DNA of 18,151 nt. Origin: Paraspadella gotoi. Its lineage: Eukaryota > Animalia > Chaetognatha. Location of the stretch: positions 1 through 18,151 of the forward strand of contig JBJCIZ010000552.1 of NCBI GenBank assembly GCA_051294375.1. The letters are read 5' to 3'. Shown one piece after another: positions 8,324 through 15,989 of the stretch. A program made the translations under genes and the position numbers. How positions within the stretch are numbered: the first letter of the stretch is position 1; each line of letters begins with the position of its first letter. The notes below the pieces were generated by a model. It worked only from the letters and a program-made list of their open reading frames with translations, ran no database searches and was not told the DNA's origin.

Positions 8324-10890
8324 TCATTGACGTGTCAGTGGCTGTGAGGACAAAATCGTTGAGCCTATGTGTGCGGCGTTAGGAAGGCTTCCTTGCGGGA
8401 AGATACCCAAGGCTACTCTGATGTCTCTCTGGCCTGGTACGCCTGCCGACTGCCCTCTTCTCGCCTGCTGACGAGGTGGGCGGCTTTCCATTTTGCCGCT
8501 TTTGCGACAGGAGTGGTGGACTCTCCTTCCTCCTGCAGCCGTCGCTTTGGGCGGCGCTCACTCACAGAGAAAGGGAATGAGTTGCTACAGGTGAAGGAGA
8601 GGCATCGTCTGCCCATTGCCTGCGCAAGGGTCTCCGCCTGTCTCGTTGAGTGGAGACGGGGGAGTCATTGTGCGATATGGTTTCGTGTGCTGCTGAAATC
8701 GATCCGTCAGAGATTTGCCTGTCTCGCCCACGAATGCTGCCGTACAGGCTTGGTTGCCCGCCCCTGCACAGGCCGCCCAATAGACGGCTCCTGATGTTTT
8801 CGGTCTGGGGATTTTATCTTTCGGTTTCACCAATAGCTCACGCAGAGAACCGCGGGCCGTCACTGAGGTGGAGATCCCCTGCTTTGCCAGCACCTGCACC
8901 AATGACTCAGTGATCCCCTGGTGGTAGGGGAGGGACAAGTGGCCCACGTTCTTAGGGCGCTTCTGCTTATCTTCCATTTGCACTGTGGTGGGCGCGGTTG
9001 GCTCTTCAGCAGCAAGCTCCCTTTCTGCCTCCTGGGCAGCCCCTAGGTGGCCACTGCCCTCAACCAGACACGGCCGGTACCTAGCCTTCTCGAAAGCCCA
9101 CAATGGGTAACCATTGATCGCCAAGGCTCTTTTGACGTGCTCAAGCTCGGCGGCCTGAAGCTCGGGGGTCGACGGAATCAATGCAGCCCTTCTGGTAAGG
9201 GACCGGACCGTGGCGAGCTTGTGAGATAAAGGCGCATGAGAGTCAAAGGGAATGTACTGATCTGTGTGCGTCGGTTTGCGATATACTGAAAATTCCAATG
9301 AGCCGCCCTCTTTGCGCTTTATAAGCACATCGAGCATTGGAATTGACCCATTCTCCTCTTTCTCACATGTCCACGTGATGCTCACATGAATCCCATTCAG
9401 GTGATTCAAAAGATCCTCAATGTGGTCTCGTCTTACGGCCAGAATGGTATCGTCTGCTTTCCGATACCAGAAGAGGATTGACTCTGCCCCATGCAACGAT
9501 CGAAAAGAGGCCAAAGCTTCCACCTCATAGTCCTCCATATAGAAATCTGCCAGAGGACTTGATGTCGACTTGCCCATCCCTAAGCCACCAGGCTGGGCGT
9601 AGTACTGTCCATCGAACCTGAAGTACGCCAGTTCCAGGTCGAGCCGCAGCAGTGCCATGATATCATTCAATTGGATTGGCGTACGCGCGTGCAATTTCCG
9701 GTCTTCCCTCAAGCGTTGTTCTGCTGATATTAACGCCAAGTCTTGGGGATGTTAGTAAACATACTTTGTAAATCACATGAGACCAAGCAATGACTATCGG
9801 CACTTTGATATGCTGCAACTTTTCCGTCAGATCGACAGAGTTCCGGAGGTGGTGTGGATTACCAACGAGCGGAGTGAGGATGGGCCCCAACTCCTTCGTC
9901 ATTCCATTGAAAATGGAATTGCGGGCCGATACGATTGGGCGTAACGGTAGATCGGGCTTATGCACCTTCGGTTGACCGAAGAACAAAGGAGGCTGCGTTG
10001 AGTCAGGATTGACTCTGTGAAATACTGACGGGGGACAGTACTCACGTATGCGTTTCGTTACGGTCTGGATCCGAGCTCTGTAGGCGAGAGTCGGATCCTT
10101 AGGTAATAGATGGTAGGTCTTTTGATCTGCCATCATTGCTCGGACTTTGTTTTTTGTAGTCATGGGCGTCCATGACTACCGCAGCTCTTCCCTTGTCCGC
10201 GGGATGAACCATGATTGCCTGATTGCGCTTGAGTGAGGCAATGGCCTTGCGCTCACTCTTTCCGACATTTGGCGGGGGCGGAGCTCTGTTGGCGTTGAGC
10301 ATCCGCGCCGCTGCCGCCGCTTCGGGCTGTTGATCTAGGAGTCTCAATACCGACAATGAGGTCAATGGCAGGTAATTTAACAGGCGTTGGAACAAAAGAT
10401 AAGCCCTTACGTAACACATGATTTTCATCGCTGCTTAGAGTATATGAGGATGCATTGATGAGCCAAGGTCTTGCGCAGTTCGGATTTCGTTATCCGTTAA
10501 CCAGAATAATTCATTGCGTTGTCGGTTTCGTTTATCCTTGACGAGCTGTTCTCGGGCATGACGTTGTCGGAGTAAATCCAATTTTGCTTTTTGGCGTTCC
10601 TTGGTCGCTCGGAAGATTTCGGCGGCGTCATTCTCGATGCGGTGTCGCCAGGATGCAAAGATTTCGTGCGAGAGCATTCGGGACAGCGTCTCTTGAAGAC
10701 GCCGTTGTTCCGAGCGAAGTCGCGCCAAATTAGCATGACAACGGTCAATAAAGTTGGAGAGTAGACTACGTTTGGCACGATCGATGATGCGTAGGGCTTT
10801 ATCTCCTGTTATATTGTTTCGGACTTGGATAGCGTCTGGGATGACGCCATAGGTTCGACAAGAGAGAGAGAAATGAAGATGGTTTGACCA
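8324..10890 (-). pseudogene. PLE polyprotein (N-terminal domain, reverse transcriptase, thumb, GIY-YIG endonuclease, C-terminal extension), broken by several frameshifts and an internal deletion
   Basis: Motifs in order across frames: NHLHFSLSC..GVIP (10890 downward, in frame with ORF 10435-10728); IMVHPADKGRAAVVMD; FFGQPKVHKPDLPLRPIVS; LVSCDLQSMFTNIP (RT motif A, off-frame ~9745-9790); YFRFDGQYYAQPGGLGMG; WYRKADDT; EKEENGSIPMLDV; VYRKPTHTDQYIPFDSHAP; NGYP; LPYHQG..PKD; GAVYWAAC..CTAAFVGETGKSLTDRFQQH. Confidence 0.93.
8585..9739 (-). CDS. Largest open fragment (384 aa) of the PLE polyprotein: RT motifs B-E, thumb, and N-terminal half of GIY-YIG
   Basis: ORF track translation with GLGMG, RKADD, YRKPTHT, NGYP and AVY..FVGETG..R motifs. 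It is a fragment of the pseudogene and not an independent gene. Confidence 0.8.
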   Translation of the reverse strand: MALISAEQRLREDRKLHARTPIQLNDIMALLRLDLELAYFRFDGQYYAQPGGLGMGKSTSSPLADFYMEDYEVEALASFRSLHGAESILFWYRKADDTILAVRRDHIEDLLNHLNGIHVSITWTCEKEENGSIPMLDVLIKRKEGGSLEFSVYRKPTHTDQYIPFDSHAPLSHKLATVRSLTRRAALIPSTPELQAAELEHVKRALAINGYPLWAFEKARYRPCLVEGSGHLGAAQEAERELAAEEPTAPTTVQMEDKQKRPKNVGHLSLPYHQGITESLVQVLAKQGISTSVTARGSLRELLVKPKDKIPRPKTSGAVYWAACAGAGNQACTAAFVGETGKSLTDRFQQHTKPYRTMTPPSPLNETGGDPCAGNGQTMPLLHL

Positions 10891-12124
10891 TCCGTTTTTT
10901 ATTAAAAATAAAATCGTTGTTGAAAATTCATTTCAAACTTTTCTAATAATTATAATTATTAAAATTAATTAATTAATCGATTAATTAATTATCGTAGGCA
11001 GATCCGACATCGTTTGCTCAAACTTGTTTTTATCTTGGGGCATAGTATTATATCAAATACAAAAAATTAAGGGGACACAAGAGGTCATATATCATATATT
11101 GTATTTATGCTCCGCGCTACCCCTCAATCTTGTCGGGCATTCACTTATATCATGTCAGAACATCGAATTATTATAAATTATGCAAAAAAAAAAAAGTCCG
11201 TTCGTCCGACCGTCCGTCCCACCTAGTGTTCCGATAACCGTTAACTGTTAACGGTTATTAACGGTTAAAAATAATTTTTACTTAACCGTTAATACATTCA
11301 TTTTAACGGTTAAATTCGGTTAATTTTCAAATGTGATTTTTTTCATTTTTTGGTATGAAATCTTTAGATTAAAAAAAAAAACTTATTTTTTTTCTGTTCT
11401 CTCTTATACTCCTCTCCCCTTCTCACCATAATTTTACCCCTCTCTCTCTTCTCCAATTTTTCCCTGCTTTTTTCCTTTGTTATTTTCTCCTTTTTTTTCT
11501 ATCCTCATCTCTCTCTTATTCTTTCTTCCCCTTTATTTATCTCCTCCTGTTCCTTTCTTTTTCTTTCTCACTTTTCCCCTTTTTCTTTCCCCCTTTCTTT
11601 TTTCTCCTTTTTTCGCCCTTTCATGCAATAATATATATTCAATTTAGCTAAAAATAAATAATCCTTCTTATTTTACTTTTTCTCTCTGTTTCTTTCCCTC
11701 TTTAAAATTAACAAAGAAGCAAATGAAATAAAACCGAATGAATGAAAAAAATGAATAAAAAACCAAATAAAAAAATTATTTTAAAAAAATTTAAAATTAA
11801 TAATAGAAGGAATGAATCTTAAAAAAATATAATATATAAAAAAGAATAATGATGATATACTTTTTTAATTAAACTGAAAAATATATTTATTAATCAATAA
11901 ATATTTTGATCAATCGATAAATCAACCAGTCTATCAATAAATTAAAATTCATATTTATATTTATGGTCAATGACAATTGGTCATAGTTTATGAAAGACTA
12001 ACAACAGAAAACAAGCGTTTAAGAAACCAACAACTACAAAAATAATGAGGAATAGAAGAAGTAGAGAAAGAAAAAGAGAAAGCAAAAGAGAGAAAAAGAA
12101 AACAAAATAAAGAATTAGAATTTG

Positions 12125-12245
12125 ATGGTATCCTTTCGTTTCATTGTGTTATGAGATTAGCAAAAATATTTGTTTTGTTACAGCAACAATTTTATTTGAC
12201 ATGTTTCGACTCTGTTTCAAGTCTTTATCAGCGCATTCAAGAGCC
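12125..12245 (-). mobile_element. Very short PLE 3'-end relic inside the hAT MITE
   Basis: HHR followed (minus strand) by aataaaattgttg and aatgaaacgaaaggatacca, resembling the pLTR end aacgaaaagaaaggattatacca. Confidence 0.6.
12194..12235 (-). ncRNA. Degenerate hammerhead ribozyme (G8A, stem I lost)
   Basis: Minus strand: UGCG CUGAUAA A GACUU GAAACA GAGUC GAAA CAUG UC AAAU. Confidence 0.68.
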
Positions 12246-12809
12246 AGAGTTAAAGAGAAAATAACATTAAATACTTTATTTTGTTTTAAATCTTGATATT
12301 TTAAATTTAAAGTTAAATTATAAAAATAACCGATTTTAACGGTTAACCGTTAAAAATGTTAGTTTTAACGGTTAAGCGAATTTCCTAAAAAATTAACGGT
12401 TATCGGAACTCTACTCCCACCTTAGCAAAAAACACCAATTACTCGTGATTGGATGGATGGATTGGAATGAAATTTTGTGTGTGGGTAGGGAAGTGTGTGA
12501 TTGAGCTGGATATGAAGTTTCGATGGAATTGTCCGAGTGGAAATGGTGTTCAAATAATGAAATATATTTTTTTGTTTTTTCCATTTAAACTCAATTATTC
12601 ATGAGTGGATGGGGCCATTGACTTGAAATTTAGTATTTAGATCCGACATTGTTTGCTCAAACTTGTTTATATTAAAGAACTAAGGATTTGAAGTTTTGTT
12701 TTTGAACTAATCAGTACAAATCTTTGTTAAATAAAAATGTCGGCAAAGTATCTCACTAAATCCTATTGGTACAATACTTAAAATAATTAATATCACTTTT
12801 AGCTTAAAG

Positions 12810-13160
12810 ATTTTATCTTTGTTGTACATTGCATAATGCATTGTTTCTAATGTTTCTCTCTCTCTCTCTCTCCCTTTCACCATTTAACTTCTTTTCACAA
12901 TCTAACTCAATCTGTCCTTATCTTAACCTGTCCTCACATCTGACAACTATTCTTTTCTCATCTCTCTATTTTTCTTTTTCTCTCTCTCTCTTCTTCTTTT
13001 ACACAAATTAATTAAAAAAATTCACAAAAACAATTTGTTAACGCTGAAGAAGGCTTGTATATAAGCCGAAACATATAAGTTTTTACAATTAAAGTCGTTG
13101 TAGAAAAACATTAAAAACGTCTTCCAATATGCAACCACAACGAAAAGAAAGGAAATTCAC
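12810..13160 (+). mobile_element. Solo PLE pLTR fragment
   Basis: atctttgttgtacattgca, tcaatctgtcctta, (CT)n, the HHR and the terminal caacgaaaagaaagga all match the reverse complement of 7720-8105. Confidence 0.85.
13040..13081 (+). ncRNA. Hammerhead ribozyme with intact core boxes but mutated stem I and loop III
   Basis: AACG CUGAAGA A GGCUU GUAUAU AAGCC GAAA CAUA UA AGUU. Confidence 0.78.
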
Positions 13161-13289
13161 GATAAATTTTTATCGCACACTTTTATAAAAATTCATCGTA
13201 ATGCATAGAATATTTTTATTTAAAAAAAAACTAAGTTCCAGCCAAAACTATAAAAGCGTAGTAGTTTTTATGTGTTTGTTGTTGAGAGA

Positions 13290-13477
13290 GATGAGCCGCT
13301 AAAATAAATTCCACGAAAAACTCGGATGTAAATTTGGATTTAGAGAAAAAATGCGGCGGAATAAATGGCGATAAAAATAGTTTTTAGAAGGAGAAAAATA
13401 ATCAGAATTTTCGAAAAACGCACGATTACGCCAAGAGATCGTACAGAAAGAGACAGAGAGAGAGAAAGAAGAGAGAC

Positions 13478-13513
<36 letters not shown>

Positions 13514-15361
13514 AGACACAGAGAGAGAGAGAGAGAAAGCTGGACAGCCGCTGGACATCCGGCTTCAGAGCTGAACTCGTTTTTTAAACGAATCTGAATA
13601 GGTTCGAACTCATTTCCATAAAAAATATAAAAAAAATACTGGGTATAAGTCAATAAGAAATTTGTACATGAAAGTATAATTAAAATGTATAAATTTTCCT
13701 TTGAGCATGTTCCAAACTAAATTTTGACTCACCCCTTTGAGAGGCTTCCCCTATCAGAAGAAAAAATAATAGAGAGAGAGAGAGAGAAGATGAGAGAGAG
13801 AGAAGAAGAGAGCGACCGCCGCTGCAGAGCGAACTCGTTCGACGAATTCTGAGTTAGGCCAAACTCTTTTCCTATCTAAAAAAATAGAAAAAAAAAAGTT
13901 ATAGATCCATATAAAAAATTGTACATTGAAAGTATACTTTAAAAATGCTCAATTTTCGTTGAGCAGGTTCCCATACTAAAATTTTGATTCACCCCATGAG
14001 AGGGGCTTCCCCTATTTAGAAAAAAAAAAGAGAGAGGGAAGAAAGAGAGAGCGACATATTAATTAAAAGAGATGATTAGAGAGAAGCCTACAGACCGCTG
14101 GAATCAGATGCAGCAGCGACGGAGAAAAAGAGAGAGGAAAAGCTCAACAGCCCTTTTACTCTTACTTAATAAGTAATGTACCTATGGCGCCCGAGTTAGC
14201 GGGGCGGAAAAAACCCCTTTTTTTTTCCCCAATCTGAAGGACTCGGGTTCGCGCCCTTGTGATTTCATACAAGAAAAGTGGGAAAAAAAAAGAAAAAAAA
14301 GGGAGAATGGATGTTAAACTGGATGCATCGTCTTCAATATTGGTGAGCCCACAATATAATATATATATATAAATATAATTTTTTTGTTAAAAAAGATGAG
14401 AGAGAGAGAGAGAGAAGAAGAAGTTGACGACGCTGCACGACGCTGCAGAGCCAGACTCGTTTTTTAGACAAATCAGAAGAAGCAGTGACTGAGAAAAAAA
14501 GAGAGAGGAGAGAGAGCGACATTATAATTAAAAGAAAGAGAGAGTGGTAAGAGACATATAATTTAAAAGGTTTTTGTTTTGTAAATAAACATAAACAAAT
14601 TAGGAAATTGATATGAAAACATGGGGAATTTTAAAAGATTCTTTGATTGATTTAGAAGCCATATATAAATTTCCAAATTTCCCTATGATATCACACTCTT
14701 TAGAAGCCATGATTGCAAAAAGCGTGCACGCAGACGACGACGACGACTACGGCACAAAGAAGCCAAAGCGAATTATTATAGAGACCAGGACCGGCTTCGC
14801 CCGGTCTGTCTCGATAATAAAAGAGAGAGAGAGAGAGAAGCTCTACAGCCCCTTTACTCGTTAAAGAATCGCAGTACTTATGGCGCCGGACGTTTAGCGT
14901 GAGCCTGTCTTTCGTACCCAAGACCCGGTTCGCACCCTGTTCGCGGCATCGTTTTTTTACATTAGTGAGCCCACATTATATCTAAAATTTTTTGAAAAAA
15001 AAAAAAAAGAGGAGAGGAGAGAGAGAAGCTTGGACATAGACGCTTGAGCAGCCGCGAATCGTTTTATTAGACAAATCAGAAGAAGCAGTGGACGGAGAAA
15101 AAGAGAGAGAGAGAGGTGACATATATGTAAAAGAAAGGAGAGAGAGCGACATTTAAAAAACGTTTTTGTTTTGTAAATAAACAAACAAAATACGAATATT
15201 GATTTGAAACATAAAATTTTAAAGATCTTGATCTAGAAGCCATATAATGAAATTTCAACTCACTATTGATATCACACTTCAGAAGCCATGATGCAAAAAG
15301 CGTGACGAACTAAACCGAATAAAATCTAGCCAGGACGGGCTTTGCCCGCCTGGCTCGATAA
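13290..15361 (-). mobile_element. Putative second HINE-like family (B), two adjacent partial copies with GA-rich internal repeats
   Basis: Minus-strand heads TTATCGAGCCAGG-CGGGC-AAA-GCCCG-T-CCTGGCTA (15361-15327) and TTATCGAGACAGACCGGGCGAAGCCGGTCCTGGTCTCTATAATAATTCGCTTT..(GTC)n (14817-14732). ~14340-14817 and ~14960-15361 are direct repeats. ~270-bp units at ~13520-13770 and ~13780-14030. The 3' end was not identified. Confidence 0.55.
14870..14947 (+). mobile_element. tRNA-derived (SINE-head-like) degenerate sequence; second copy at ~14177-14258
   Basis: A-box-like TGGCGCCGGACGTTTAGCG and B-box-like GGTTCGCACCC at tRNA-like spacing. No intact cloverleaf. Confidence 0.5.
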
Positions 15362-15362
15362 T

Positions 15363-15604
15363 GAGGATATTTTGTTGTGTTTTGATAAATGTAAACAAAC
15401 AGTTAATAAACTGTCCTGACTTCAATTTAAGGACATCGATGATGACAAGCTGAATATAAATTATAATTTAAAATTTAATTAATTATATTAATCTATTAAT
15501 TAATTAATTAAATCTATTAATTAATTTATTTCTATTAATTAATATTAATTATTAATTAATTAATTATCGTAGGCAGATCCGACATGTTTTGCTCAAACTT
15601 GTTT
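15363..15604 (+). mobile_element. HINE family A 3'-end fragment (empty site for the PLE insertion)
   Basis: Matches 7598-7700 joined to 10960-11029. subTIR gcagatccgac at 15573-15583 and terminal cttgttt. Confidence 0.8.
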
Positions 15605-15647
15605 AAAGTTTTCTCTCTCTCTATCTCTTCTCTGATTGATTGATTGA

Positions 15648-15982
15648 TTGACCAAATTATGCCAATTGACAAAAATATGCCAGTTTGACCAAATTCTTAA
15701 AATTGACCAAATTCTGCAAGTTGATCAAGTTCTGCAATTGACAATTATGCTGTTGACAATCATGCCAGTTGACCAAATTATGCCTCAAGTTGACAAATTA
15801 TGCCGGTTTGCACCAAATTATCTTAATTGATCAAATTATGTCAGTTGACAAATTATGTAGTGACCAAATTATGTCAGTAGACCAAATTTATGGTTCAGTT
15901 GACAAAATTATACAAGTTGATTTAAATTATGCAAGTTTGATTATAAATTATGCAAGTTGATTAATTATGCAAGTTGAACAAG
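15648..15982 (+). repeat. Minisatellite, ~19-21 bp unit (TGACCAAATTATGCAAGT-like), roughly 17 degenerate copies
   Basis: Repeating ttgaccaaattatgc / ttgacaaattatg / aaattatgcaagttga. Confidence 0.9.
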
Positions 15983-15989
15983 TTATCTA

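Larger units (their letters stand above)
7707..10947 (-). mobile_element. Penelope-like retroelement (Penelope/Poseidon-type), 5'-truncated, with 3' pLTR and a short inverted pLTR segment at the 5' junction
   Basis: GC-rich RT and GIY-YIG coding relic at 8324-10890. AT/GA-rich 3' pLTR at ~7707-8320 contains a hammerhead. Direct repeat AATTATAATTATTA at 7693-7706 and 10948-10961 is the TSD. The flanks rejoin into the uninterrupted host-repeat sequence seen at ~15420-15600 and ~18000-18148. Confidence 0.93.
6416..11029 (+). mobile_element. Helentron-associated non-autonomous element (HINE/DINE-1-like), family A, complete ends, interrupted by the PLE
   Basis: T-run, then subTIR GTCGGATCTGC (6421-6431), adjacent IR GCAGATCCCGAC (6438-6449), (GTCC)n microsatellite (~6559-6594), internal ~140-bp tandem units, 3' subTIR GCAGATCCGAC (10998-11008), hairpin GTTTG-CT-CAAAC and terminal CTTGTTT. 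It is inserted in a T-run with no clear TSD. Confidence 0.82.
29..11119. mobile_element. Non-autonomous DNA transposon with long (~180 bp) imperfect TIRs and 8-bp TSD (hAT-like termini; MULE/Foldback not excluded), inflated to 11 kb by nested insertions
   Basis: Starts TAGCGCGGAGTATAAATACAA (29-49) and ends TTGTATTTATGCTCCGCGCTA (11099-11119). TSD CCCCTCAA at 21-28 and 11120-11127. The empty-site equivalent gccccctcaa|tattgtcggg is at 6481-6500. Left TIR 29-~210 matches a right TIR split into ~6330-6419 and ~11027-11119. Confidence 0.85.
11224..12413. mobile_element. hAT-type MITE
   Basis: TIRs TAGTGTTCCGATAACCGTTAA and TTAACGGTTATCGGAACTCTA. 8-bp TSD gtcccacc (11216-11223) / ctcccacc (12414-12421), 7/8 match. 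Clustered subterminal AACCGTT/AACGGTT motifs at both ends. The empty site gtcccaccttagcaaaaa is at 6590-6607. Confidence 0.88.
11120..12668 (+). mobile_element. HINE family A outer copy, continuation and 3' end (internally deleted, interrupted by a hAT MITE)
   Basis: 11120-11223 matches 6483-6597 and 12422-12630 matches ~6598-6790. It ends agatccgacattgtttgctcaaacttgttt (12639-12668). Confidence 0.82.

Noticed and set aside
8369-9975. Plus-strand ORFs over the PLE (8369-8794, 8650-8913, 9047-9229, 9790-9975)
   Set aside because: Antisense shadows of the GC-rich RT frame.
9663-10728. Programmed frameshifting or a multi-ORF organisation of the PLE
   Set aside because: Breaks fall inside or next to conserved RT motifs and there are several; decay or sequencing indels are the simpler explanation.
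14870-14947. Functional tRNA gene
   Set aside because: No acceptor or anticodon stems could be folded; only promoter-box-like remnants.
15648-15960. Repetitive ORFs (DQIM..) and CRISPR-like periodicity
   Set aside because: Minisatellite with no unique spacers, no cas genes, and a eukaryotic context.
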